From: a virus
Length of the DNA: 64,000 bases
Virus record (IMG/VR): IMGVR_UViG_3300017746_000002
Coordinates: 1 to 64,000 of that record
Reading direction: 5' to 3' (one strand)
Position 1 is the first letter of the stretch, and each line of letters opens with the position of its first letter. The position numbers were made by a program, and so were the translations under genes. Under the pieces are notes generated by a model. The model was not told the DNA's origin. It saw nothing but the letters and a program-made list of their open reading frames with translations, and searched no databases. Shown here piece after piece: positions 9,804 through 18,726 of this stretch.

Positions 9804-11007
9804 ATTATATATAATAAATATGGACGTTGATAGATATTATAGCACAAGCAACAAACATGTAAGAATTCAAAAGGAAGATATTGAATTTAAAATTAAAGGT
9901 GAATATATAGGTGAACACCATTGGCAAGCAGGTAAGACACGAGCTGGAGAGATTGTAGATAGTTTAACAAAAAGAGATATAGACTGGTCTACACATTTAA
10001 CAATGTACAGGTATTCTAATTTATCTTTGTCAAGAGATAAACTTTCTTTAATGAAAGAAAAATATGGTACTAGGGTTGTTAGAGATAGAGATTCTGCTGA
10101 TGTAAATGTTATATCTGAAAAGACTATAGAAAAATTAATTAGTAATGATTTATATTATGGTTCTATGTGGAATGTTGAAACTTTTATTAATAAAAAACTT
10201 CCACAATTAAGTGCTGTATTAACTACAGAAGCTCATGAATATTTAAAAGGTTTAGTTGGACATCTTAAACCGGGTGATATGATATATGGAGGAGATAGAT
10301 ATAATAGTTGGAATACCTCTGATGAGTTTCAAGAGTCTCCATTAAAATATTTTACAGAGTCTGATGCAAATAATTGGATGTCTGAAAGAGTAAATAATGG
10401 TGCATTGTATATTGGTAATGATAACTTACCTGCATGGAGATCATTAAATGATCCAAACAAAACATTTGTATCAGACGTATATGTTAATGAAGTTTGTTCT
10501 GAAGATTCAATTGCTCTTGACTGGGAACAGTATGAAAACATTAAAAAAATGTTAGGTGCTACTAGTGAAGATAAAAGTATTGCAATGACCCTTATGGCTA
10601 ATTGTAAGATTGAAAAGTCTAAGACAACTCTTGGTTTATTATTTTATCACTATGGAGATTCAATGAAAGGAACTAATGTTTGGAATCAAGTTGCATTTAA
10701 AACATTACGTAAGCAGTTTGATCACTATATTATTAATGGTTGGAATGCATCTCACACAAGTACATTTAGTTCATTAATACAGAAGTTAGCTGAAGATGAT
10801 GCATTAACTGAAGAAGCAATGAAACATGTATGTAAACTAGTGTTTGAAAGAGTATTATCAAGTGGATGTGGATTCAGTACAGATCAATGTGCATTTGAAA
10901 TGAAACTTGAAGATGTTAGATTAACTCAGCATTATAAAGATAAATTAAAAAGGGAAGATAAAACTCTTTCTGAATTAGTAACCGTGGGAGATGATCTTCC
11001 ATTTTAA
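9796..11007 (+). CDS. Hypothetical protein, probable paralog of 8763..9803 (BRCT-like), acidic DDLPF tail
   Basis: YRYSNLSLSRDKLSLMKEKYGTRVVRDRDSADVNVIS. Ends in GDDLPF. Confidence 0.6.
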   Translation: MSKLYIINMDVDRYYSTSNKHVRIQKEDIEFKIKGEYIGEHHWQAGKTRAGEIVDSLTKRDIDWSTHLTMYRYSNLSLSRDKLSLMKEKYGTRVVRDRDSADVNVISEKTIEKLISNDLYYGSMWNVETFINKKLPQLSAVLTTEAHEYLKGLVGHLKPGDMIYGGDRYNSWNTSDEFQESPLKYFTESDANNWMSERVNNGALYIGNDNLPAWRSLNDPNKTFVSDVYVNEVCSEDSIALDWEQYENIKKMLGATSEDKSIAMTLMANCKIEKSKTTLGLLFYHYGDSMKGTNVWNQVAFKTLRKQFDHYIINGWNASHTSTFSSLIQKLAEDDALTEEAMKHVCKLVFERVLSSGCGFSTDQCAFEMKLEDVRLTQHYKDKLKREDKTLSELVTVGDDLPF

Positions 11008-11016
11008 TTAGAGATT

Positions 11017-12015
11017 ATGAAATTAGATACAGATAAAGAAAAAGATTTCCTGGAGGCATGTGCCTCTGGGAAGTTTAAGTTTAGTTATTCATCATTAAAC
11101 AAATTAATTTTTTCTCCAAAGTTATTCTATAAGGATTATATACTTAAGGATAGAGAAGAGAGAACAGATAAGCATCTTATCCAAGGTAAACTTATCCATC
11201 TATTATTATTACAACCAGAGGAGTTTGATAATAATTTTGTATTGATGCCATCAAAGCTGCCGTCTGATACATTGCGTAAGGTCTTAAAAAATATTACACT
11301 CTACACGGATGCTAAAACATTGTCCAAGGTTGATGACAAAATAATTTTAGATTCTTTAAAAGAGGTAGGACTATACCAATCATTAAAAGATGAAGATAAA
11401 CGTGTGGCTAAGGTACGTACTATTGAGTGTGAAGATTACTATACATTTTCACAAACAACTGGTAAGGATATTATAGATACAGATACTCTTGAGAAATGTA
11501 AGAGTTCAGTAGAGTTAATTAAAGATAATAAATCTGTAATGGATTTACTTGAAGACAATACTACTGACTTTGAAATGGATGGAATAGAAATATTTAATGA
11601 AGAGTTTCTTGAATGTTCTCTTGATGAATATACATTTGGACTTAAAGGTTTTGTTGATAGATATGTTATAGATCATGACAAAAAGGTGATCACTATCATA
11701 GACATCAAAACTACCGGTAAAACCATTGTAGACTTCCCTGAGACCGTAGAATTCTATAATTATTGGCTCCAAGCAGCCATTTATAGGGTACTTGTAACAA
11801 AAAACTTAGAAGAAAAGACTCAAGATTACAAAATTAATTTTAACTTTATAGTAATAGATAAGTATAATCAGATCTATAACTTCCCTGTCAGAGATACAAC
11901 AATGGCAGCATGGGGAGACGGTATGAGTGGTATATTGGGTATGGCCAATCACCATGTACAAAAGAATAGATTTGATCTTCCATATGATTTCTTGACTAAG
12001 ACTATAAGTTTATAA
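11017..12015 (+). CDS. PD-(D/E)xK exonuclease (RecE/ExoVIII/Cas4-like superfamily)
   Basis: FSYSSL, GKLIH, KGFVDR, IIDIKT, and YWLQAAIY. Confidence 0.9.
   Translation: MKLDTDKEKDFLEACASGKFKFSYSSLNKLIFSPKLFYKDYILKDREERTDKHLIQGKLIHLLLLQPEEFDNNFVLMPSKLPSDTLRKVLKNITLYTDAKTLSKVDDKIILDSLKEVGLYQSLKDEDKRVAKVRTIECEDYYTFSQTTGKDIIDTDTLEKCKSSVELIKDNKSVMDLLEDNTTDFEMDGIEIFNEEFLECSLDEYTFGLKGFVDRYVIDHDKKVITIIDIKTTGKTIVDFPETVEFYNYWLQAAIYRVLVTKNLEEKTQDYKINFNFIVIDKYNQIYNFPVRDTTMAAWGDGMSGILGMANHHVQKNRFDLPYDFLTKTISL
11047..11072 (+). promoter_or_regulatory. Stable hairpin inside 5' part of CDS
   Basis: TTCCTGGAGGC-ATGT-GCCTCTGGGAA (11 bp, 2 G-U), 40 nt after the upstream stop. Confidence 0.5.
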
Positions 12016-12018
12016 TTT

Positions 12019-12675
12019 ATGTATAAAGAGTATTTTCAAAAAAGTAAAGTTTTTCTCTACCCTCTGTTAGGTATACCAAAAGGACAGAAATATGTTCCAG
12101 TTGGTACATACCTAGCATGGGAAGATGAGATAGATTTTAAAGACATGAAGTTTATGTGTCTATACAAACAAAGAGAGAGTAAAGCATTTTACAAATTTGA
12201 AGACAAATATTTATTGGGTAATATGTTATTTGATGATTACCAAAAATTAAGTAAGACTATACACTTATATATATTTGACTTCTCAAAGTTCCCAAATGAT
12301 TGGAGAGCAGTAATGAATGGTAGATACTCTAAGTTTACAGATAGATCTAAGAAAATAATTACAGATTTTTTTGAAGGCTCTGGTAGAGTTACAGAATATA
12401 TAGAAAGTTATATATACCCGGATTATTATCATGATGATGTTGCAATAGATTTAGCTGTATCAATTGAATTACTACAAGATGTTTATGAATTATGTGACAA
12501 ACCTAATTTAGAAAAAGAAACTTTAAAATTAAAAGTTCCAGAAGTTGGTTTGTTCAAAAATAAAAACATATCTTTGTCAGATAATTTAAAAAAAAATACC
12601 AATGGCAAAAACAAAAGTAGCACCTCTAGCAATAGAGAAAACAATGATGGTAATAACATCAAACTGGGGTCCTAA
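12019..12675 (+). CDS. Hypothetical protein
   Basis: 218-aa ORF. The low-complexity last ~25 aa overlap the next gene. Confidence 0.75.
   Translation: MYKEYFQKSKVFLYPLLGIPKGQKYVPVGTYLAWEDEIDFKDMKFMCLYKQRESKAFYKFEDKYLLGNMLFDDYQKLSKTIHLYIFDFSKFPNDWRAVMNGRYSKFTDRSKKIITDFFEGSGRVTEYIESYIYPDYYHDDVAIDLAVSIELLQDVYELCDKPNLEKETLKLKVPEVGLFKNKNISLSDNLKKNTNGKNKSSTSSNRENNDGNNIKLGS
12545..12576 (+). promoter_or_regulatory. Bacteroidota promoter TTG-N21-TATCTTTG
   Basis: -7 element at 12569-12576 and TTG at 12545-12547, 25 nt upstream of ATG 12602. Confidence 0.6.
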
Positions 12676-13066
12676 TAAGACCTTTAAACTAATCCCAGTC
12701 TCTAAAGACTGTCCATATGTAGAAGCAATATTTGATCCAGGTAGTAAAATACTAGCTGTTATATCAACAATTGCTAAAGAAGCATATCATATGATTGATA
12801 AGTTAGATGACAACGGTGACCCGCAAAAAATGAAGATCACAAGAAGAGATGATGGAACTGATGTAAAGCAAGAAAGAAGACTTCTTAAAACGTATGCTGA
12901 ATTTTATATTACGGATGAAGAAGAAATTGTAAATGCAATACACGGTTTTGCTATAAATGCAGATAGTTTTGATTACAAACAATACTTAGATGCAGAAGCA
13001 CCACCTCAACCTGATCCTAGAGCATTGCCCGCTGACAAGGCAACTAATATGACAATAGTTACCTAG
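12602..13066 (+). CDS. Hypothetical protein with own promoter and terminator
   Basis: 154-aa ORF with A-rich leader, flanked by a promoter and a terminator. Confidence 0.8.
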   Translation: MAKTKVAPLAIEKTMMVITSNWGPNKTFKLIPVSKDCPYVEAIFDPGSKILAVISTIAKEAYHMIDKLDDNGDPQKMKITRRDDGTDVKQERRLLKTYAEFYITDEEEIVNAIHGFAINADSFDYKQYLDAEAPPQPDPRALPADKATNMTIVT

Positions 13067-13099
13067 TCTAATTTTTTTTTTAATTAACCAATCCAGAAC

Positions 13100-13123
13100 A
13101 AGGAGCTAAGTGCTCCTTTTTTT
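13100..13123 (+). terminator. Rho-independent terminator
   Basis: AAGGAGC-TAAGT-GCTCCTT followed by a T run, intergenic. Confidence 0.85.
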
Positions 13124-13143
13124 GGCTTTAATAACCACTTACT

Positions 13144-15048
13144 ATGAAAAAACATTGGGTGATGGACTATGAAACGCTTAAAAATTGTTTTGTAGGTGTA
13201 TTTAAACATTATAAAACATCTGAGACAAAGATATATGTTGTTCATGAACTTAAGAATGACTTAAAAGAATTCTTAAATTTTCTTTCTAGTAACATAGAAA
13301 ACAAAGAATGGCATATATCTTACAATGGTCTTGCATTTGATGCACAGATAACACATTACATTATTGATAATGCTGATTATCTGATGAGCATAAAGCCATC
13401 TGAAGTTGCAGAAATGATATATAAAGAAGCTCAATCTGTTATAACTAAATCTAACAACAGAGAGTTTCAAAAATATCCTGAGTGGCGCATGCGTATACCT
13501 CAAATAGATGTATTTAAACTTAATCACTGGGATAATATGGCTAAACGTTCTAGTCTTAAGTGGATAGAATATACTATGGACTGGGGTAATATCCTTGATA
13601 TGCCAATTCACCATGAGTCAGCTATAACTACTCAAAATGAATTAGATACTATAGTAGAGTATTGTATTAATGACGTAGCTGCAACCGGGGAAATATATAA
13701 CAGGTCTAAAAGTCTAGTTGGATTAAGATTGAACCTCACTAGTCAGTATGATATTAACCTTGTTAATGCTTCTGAGCCACGTATATCCAAGGAATTGTTT
13801 AGTTATTACTTAAGTGATGAACTTAATATACCTAAAAGGGACCTTAAAGCAATGAGAACATATAGGGAAACTATTAAGTTAGAGAATATTATACTACCTT
13901 ATGTTAACTTTAAAACGCCTGAATTCCAAATGCTTTTAAGTAGATTTAAAACAGTGGAGCTAGACCCTACAAATATAAAAGGAGCATTTAAATACTCTGT
14001 AACATATAAAGGAGTAAAGACACACTTTGGTTTAGGTGGTGCACACGGTGCAGCTAGACCGGGAGTGTATGAAGAAGATGAAGATAGAATTATAATGTCA
14101 TCAGATGTTACTAGTTTTTATCCTAACCTTGCTATTGTTAATGGATGGTCACCTGCACATCTACCCTCTGAACAGTTTTGTAGGCTATACAACTGGTTCT
14201 TTACAGAAAGAAAGAAGATCCCTAAGAGTGATCCTATGAACTATGTATATAAAATTATACTTAATAGTACATATGGTCTATCTAATGATAAGAATTCTTT
14301 TCTGTATGACCCGGAGTTTACTATGAGGATTACAATCAATGGGCAGTTGACACTTATGATGCTTTATGAAATGATAATGGAAGCTATACCTGAAGCAATA
14401 CCTTTACTACAAAATACAGACGGTATAGAAACAATCATTCCTAAAGCTGCTAAAGAAAAGTATCTTAAAGTATGTGAAGAATGGGAGCAGGTAACAAGCT
14501 TTAATCTTGAACATGACCAATACAAGAAAGTTGTATTAGCTGATGTGAACAATTACATTGCTGTTAATATGCAAGATAAAGCTAAATGTAAAGGGCGCTT
14601 TGAGTTTCAAAATTTAGCACTTCATAAGAATAAATCTAAGTTAGTTATACCTAAAGCTATCTATCAATATTTTGTCAACAATGTATTACCTGAAGACTAT
14701 ATTAAAACTAATAAAAATGTATTAGACTATTGTATAGGGGGTAAGACTAACGGTGGATGGCAAGTAACATCTAATGCTATAGTAAACGGTGAAGAAAATG
14801 TAATAAATCTACAGAAAATAAATAGATATTACATTAGTAATCAAGGTGTTAAGATGCTCAAGGTAAACAAGAATGATGGTAGGATTATTCAACTAGAGGC
14901 TGGACAGTGGCTACAAACTGTATATAACAAAATGGAAGAGAAAGAATGGGATTCACATGATATTAATCTTAAGTATTATATGCAAGCAATTGAGAAAGAA
15001 ATCAATAACATTCTTGGAGTTTCATCCAATCAATTAGAATTATTTTAG
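13144..15048 (+). CDS. polB: Family B DNA polymerase with 3'-5' exonuclease
   Basis: ExoI DYET, ExoII YNGLAFD, ExoIII YCINDV, motif A SDVTSFYPN, motif B KIILNSTYG, motif C NTDG. Confidence 0.95.
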   Translation: MKKHWVMDYETLKNCFVGVFKHYKTSETKIYVVHELKNDLKEFLNFLSSNIENKEWHISYNGLAFDAQITHYIIDNADYLMSIKPSEVAEMIYKEAQSVITKSNNREFQKYPEWRMRIPQIDVFKLNHWDNMAKRSSLKWIEYTMDWGNILDMPIHHESAITTQNELDTIVEYCINDVAATGEIYNRSKSLVGLRLNLTSQYDINLVNASEPRISKELFSYYLSDELNIPKRDLKAMRTYRETIKLENIILPYVNFKTPEFQMLLSRFKTVELDPTNIKGAFKYSVTYKGVKTHFGLGGAHGAARPGVYEEDEDRIIMSSDVTSFYPNLAIVNGWSPAHLPSEQFCRLYNWFFTERKKIPKSDPMNYVYKIILNSTYGLSNDKNSFLYDPEFTMRITINGQLTLMMLYEMIMEAIPEAIPLLQNTDGIETIIPKAAKEKYLKVCEEWEQVTSFNLEHDQYKKVVLADVNNYIAVNMQDKAKCKGRFEFQNLALHKNKSKLVIPKAIYQYFVNNVLPEDYIKTNKNVLDYCIGGKTNGGWQVTSNAIVNGEENVINLQKINRYYISNQGVKMLKVNKNDGRIIQLEAGQWLQTVYNKMEEKEWDSHDINLKYYMQAIEKEINNILGVSSNQLELF

Positions 15049-15067
15049 TAACTTTACAAAAAAAAAT

Positions 15068-15910
15068 ATGGGACATATAAAACCAAAATTTACATCAAAA
15101 GCTTATTTAGAACAAGCGCCTTTACCAAACCATGGTAAGACATATACTGTGGTATCACATAAAGAAGTAATAGATCATACACAAAGTCTATTAAATATGC
15201 ACGGATTTTCTATACAAAAGCAAATATTTAGAGCTAATATGAATGCTAAAGTTGCTCAAGGAATATATTATATTACATCTGACTCAGCACAATCTGATGA
15301 AGAATTAGGTATGATGTTTGCTTGGACTAATTCATATGATAAAAGTACCCGGTTCCAATGTGGAATTGGTGCTCACGTGTTTGTATGCAATAATGGTTTG
15401 ATCCACGGAGATCTTGATACATTTGCTAGAAAACATACAGGTACTGCTAATTCAGAAGTATCTGGTGCCATTGCAACACATATTGGCAAAGCTAATAATA
15501 CATTTAACGAGATTGTTACAAATAAAAATGACATGAAGTTGATCCCTTTGTCTATAACACAGCAGTCTGAACTTATGGGTAGACTATATGTTGAAGAAAA
15601 ACTACTTGACTCACAACAGATGTCTTGTGTTAGAGCTGAAATAGATAAGCCTTCATACGAGTATAGTATAGAACCTGATACAGCATGGATGTTTTACAAT
15701 CATGTAACGCATGCATTTAAATTAACTCATCCAAGAAACTGGATGGAAAACCAAGCTAAGTTTCATAAGTTTATGACTAGTGAAGTTTTAAATGCCCACG
15801 GAACTAAACATCAAGATGCACCAAATCCACAAGATGTTGATGTTGACCAAGTTGAAATAGACGTGGATGTAGAAGTTAGTAATAATGCAGCAGACTTTTT
15901 TGATATGTAA
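15068..15910 (+). CDS. DUF932-like protein
   Basis: YTVVSH, NSYDKS...G..VFVCNNG, KHTG, and AWMFYNHVT pattern. Confidence 0.8.
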   Translation: MGHIKPKFTSKAYLEQAPLPNHGKTYTVVSHKEVIDHTQSLLNMHGFSIQKQIFRANMNAKVAQGIYYITSDSAQSDEELGMMFAWTNSYDKSTRFQCGIGAHVFVCNNGLIHGDLDTFARKHTGTANSEVSGAIATHIGKANNTFNEIVTNKNDMKLIPLSITQQSELMGRLYVEEKLLDSQQMSCVRAEIDKPSYEYSIEPDTAWMFYNHVTHAFKLTHPRNWMENQAKFHKFMTSEVLNAHGTKHQDAPNPQDVDVDQVEIDVDVEVSNNAADFFDM

Positions 15911-15912
15911 TT

Positions 15913-16323
15913 ATGAGTAAACACAATAAACACTACTATGAAAAAGGAAGAAACGGTTGGGTGCCAACATCTACTGCAGATATAAAGATGTCAGTACCTA
16001 AAGGATTAAAATTTAATACACCTTATAATATGCAAGATTTAGAAATTAAATGTAGAAAAGACTATCCTGTTTATACAGGGGTAGTTAAATATTTTCCTGA
16101 TGCACTGATGGAAGTCTCAAGAGTATCACGTATAGGTAATGAACAGCATCATGCAGGTGAACCTTTACATTGGGATAAATCTAAAAGTATGGATCATTTA
16201 GATGCTTTGTTTAGACATCTTATAGAAGCAGATGATTTAGATGATGACGGTGTGTTGCACCTTGCCAAGGTTGCTTGGAGAGCTTTAGCTGCTTTACAAA
16301 CTAAACTAGAAGATGATAAGTAA
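15913..16323 (+). CDS. dATP/dGTP diphosphohydrolase domain protein (DUF5664-like)
   Basis: PDALMEVSRV...G...H.....W...DALFRHL...D.DG.LHLAKVAWRALA. Confidence 0.8.
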   Translation: MSKHNKHYYEKGRNGWVPTSTADIKMSVPKGLKFNTPYNMQDLEIKCRKDYPVYTGVVKYFPDALMEVSRVSRIGNEQHHAGEPLHWDKSKSMDHLDALFRHLIEADDLDDDGVLHLAKVAWRALAALQTKLEDDK

Positions 16324-17167
16324 AGTAGCAAGGAAGTCATTTAAAATAAGACCATCTGGGAGAAGTACTGATTTTATTTCTCCTAGTTTTGGTCACGGTT
16401 GTTTATATAACTGTTCTTATTGTTACATGAAGCGGCATAAAGCTAAAGGTTTAAATATTGCTACTAATACAGGTGACATATTAACAGCTATAAACAATCA
16501 TGCATATTTTACTCCTGTAGATAAACCTAATCAAACGCATCCGGATTTTACTACATATGATATTAGTTGTAATGAAGATTTTGCATTACATGCTAAACAC
16601 CATGATTGGAAAAGAACTTTTAAATTCTTTAAAGATCACCCTATTGCTATGGGATCCTTTGCAACTAAGTATGTTAATTATAAACTTCTTTCACTTAACC
16701 CTGAAGGTAAGATAAGGATTAGGTTTAGTTTAATGCCACAAAAAATGGCAGACATACATGAGCCTCATACATCTAAGATTATTGATAGGATACATGCTAT
16801 CAATTCTTTTATAGATGCTGGATATGATGTTCATATTAACTACAGTCCTATCATAGTATATGATGGTTGGTTAGATGACTATAAAAAGTTGTTTGATATG
16901 GTCAACCGTTATGTAGACTATAAAGATCAAGTTCTATCTGAATGTATATTTCTTACACACAACTTAAATAAACATGTTGTTAATTTAGAAAATCACCCTG
17001 AGACAGAACAAACTTTATGGACACCTGACATACAAGAAGCTAAGACATCAGAATATGGAGGAAGTAATTTAAGATACAGGCATACACTTAAAAGAGAATA
17101 TATATATCAGTTTAAACAACTGCACAATAGTATAATCCCTTGGAATAAGATAAGGTATATTTTTTAA
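16313..17167 (+). CDS. Spore photoproduct lyase-like radical SAM enzyme
   Basis: CLYNCSYC (CxxxCxxC) followed by YM. DISCNED matches the SplB EASCTSD H-donor Cys segment. Also FATKY, RIRFSL, PII, and a late lysine/RY segment. Confidence 0.85.
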   Translation: MISKVARKSFKIRPSGRSTDFISPSFGHGCLYNCSYCYMKRHKAKGLNIATNTGDILTAINNHAYFTPVDKPNQTHPDFTTYDISCNEDFALHAKHHDWKRTFKFFKDHPIAMGSFATKYVNYKLLSLNPEGKIRIRFSLMPQKMADIHEPHTSKIIDRIHAINSFIDAGYDVHINYSPIIVYDGWLDDYKKLFDMVNRYVDYKDQVLSECIFLTHNLNKHVVNLENHPETEQTLWTPDIQEAKTSEYGGSNLRYRHTLKREYIYQFKQLHNSIIPWNKIRYIF

Positions 17168-17182
17168 TTTGAAAAATAAATA

Positions 17183-17275
17183 ATGTTAGAAAGAGACACG
17201 TTTTTATTTGCTGCAGGATTAGCAGCAATTATATATTTAATTTATAAACAATGGCAGAGAGATGGAAGGATCTGA
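17183..17275 (+). CDS. 30-aa single-TM peptide (not in ORF track)
   Basis: MLERDTFLFAAGLAAIIYLIYKQWQRDGRI*. A-rich leader, and it fills the gap between neighbours. Confidence 0.55.
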   Translation: MLERDTFLFAAGLAAIIYLIYKQWQRDGRI

Positions 17276-17474
17276 TATAAAATCTTTAATTGATCTAGGG
17301 TATTGGCCTACTGTGGTTCCTACTAAAAATGGAAAAAGATGGAGATTATCCATCTATAAGAAGGTAAAAAATACCTGGAATATTGATCAAAAAAAATTAT
17401 TCAATAACCCGTTCAAAGCATATGAATGGGCTATTGAATATCTTTCTGAAATATATTATGCTGCTGAGAAGTAA
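17262..17474 (+). CDS. Hypothetical protein (70 aa)
   Basis: Last + strand ORF, converging on the minus block. Confidence 0.65.
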   Translation: MEGSDIKSLIDLGYWPTVVPTKNGKRWRLSIYKKVKNTWNIDQKKLFNNPFKAYEWAIEYLSEIYYAAEK

Positions 17475-17854
17475 CCGTATTCTACACGTGCTGTTCCAGT
17501 TGCAGATGATGCTACATTTATTATAGTACCTGGAGCTATAGGTAAGTATAAGAACTCACCTAACTCTAGTCTACCTATAGTAAAAGCTGTTAAAGTTGCT
17601 TCACATAAACCTTTAAATACTATTGTAACAAAGTTTTGGCCAACTGCTCCTGTATTTTTTATATATAAAAATGTTCTTGTTGGTGTTGTTGCTGGAGAAT
17701 TGTATATTTCTACGTCTGCACCTGCAGCAATATCAAAACCACCTGTTTCAATAGCTGGTGCTGATACATTATTACTTTTACTATAGTCTACAGCAATTGG
17801 ATCAGAAGTTACAGCAGTACCGCTTATCATTAATCTAGTTGAAATTGTTGCCAT
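17456..17854 (-). CDS. Beta-rich putative virion structural protein, paralog A
   Basis: MAT start, A/T/G-rich, YIKNT...GRLELGEFLYLP...EYG. Confidence 0.65.
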   Translation of the reverse strand: MATISTRLMISGTAVTSDPIAVDYSKSNNVSAPAIETGGFDIAAGADVEIYNSPATTPTRTFLYIKNTGAVGQNFVTIVFKGLCEATLTAFTIGRLELGEFLYLPIAPGTIINVASSATGTARVEYGYFSAA

Positions 17855-17875
17855 TTTATTTTTTTTTATTTATTA

Positions 17876-18244
17876 TTATACTTTTGTCCATATACCATAC
17901 TCACAAGTAGTATCTAAAGAACCTTTTGCTTCAAGTTGTACAGCTGCTTCAGGGATTGGTACAAACATAAACTCTCCTGGTCTTAAAACACCAAGTGATT
18001 GTGTTCCATATCTTATTTCTATAGTTGCTGCTGTAGTAGGCTCAGTATTTCTAACATACATATAACCACCTGCTGTTGTTGATGCACCTAATCTACCAAA
18101 CGCTGCAGATGAAACCTTTAGTGCACCTGATTCAATAGTAGGATTACCAATAGCTAAAGAAATAGTTCTAGAAACATTCAAAGATTGTGTAGTCATACCA
18201 GCTCCTGATAATGTAAGAGCTGCAGTGATTGTTGATGTTGCCAT
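17876..18244 (-). CDS. Beta-rich putative virion structural protein, paralog B
   Basis: YVRNT...GVLRPGEFMFVP...EYG, alignable end to end with 17456..17854. Confidence 0.65.
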   Translation of the reverse strand: MATSTITAALTLSGAGMTTQSLNVSRTISLAIGNPTIESGALKVSSAAFGRLGASTTAGGYMYVRNTEPTTAATIEIRYGTQSLGVLRPGEFMFVPIPEAAVQLEAKGSLDTTCEYGIWTKV

Positions 18245-18269
18245 AATTTTCTATTTTTATTTTAATTAA

Positions 18270-18524
18270 TTATTTCTTTTTTCTTGTAGTGGTTTTCTTT
18301 CTTTTACTTCCTTTTAATCTAGATTTTTCTTTTCTCCCTCTGTTTTTCTTCTCAGTTTCAAAACCTCTAATCTTCCCTCCTTTATGAGAAGCATCAAGTC
18401 CATCACCGTTTCCATAAGTTTTTTTCTTTCTGTTATAAGCATTCAGTTTAGCCCTTTTCTTCTTAGAAGCTTTAGATGACTGAAATTTCTTATACTCTTT
18501 TTTATAATCTCTAGCCTTTGCCAC
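18270..18524 (-). CDS. Lys/Arg-rich small protein with degenerate HNH-like motif
   Basis: RDYKKEY...GDGLDASH...NRGR. GTG start at 18524 overlaps the upstream stop and is preferred to the track start. Confidence 0.65.
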   Translation of the reverse strand: MAKARDYKKEYKKFQSSKASKKKRAKLNAYNRKKKTYGNGDGLDASHKGGKIRGFETEKKNRGRKEKSRLKGSKRKKTTTRKKK

Positions 18525-18684
18525 AGATACATACTCCAAAATTAAACAATACAGCACGGTGCTCAACTCCAGGGTTACAGTATAACTCTAATACAGTTAG
18601 CTTACCTAATCTAATAGACACGTCATAGATAGTTTTCTTTTTCTTATCTTTACCTGTCCAAGTATTTGTAAAATTACATTCCAT
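18511..18684 (-). CDS. 57-aa hypothetical protein (not in ORF track)
   Basis: MECNFTNTWTGKDKKRKTIYDVSIRLGKLTVLELYCNPGVEHRAVLFNFGVCICGKG*, with an A-rich leader. Confidence 0.65.
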   Translation of the reverse strand: MECNFTNTWTGKDKKKKTIYDVSIRLGKLTVLELYCNPGVEHRAVLFNFGVCICGKG

Positions 18685-18726
18685 TTTATTTTGTTTTAGG
18701 TTGTATCACTATCACACTTATCAGTA

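Noticed and set aside
11017-12015. Cas4 / CRISPR-associated nuclease
   Set aside because: It lacks the four-Cys Fe-S cluster pattern and any cas context. It fits a phage recombination exonuclease.
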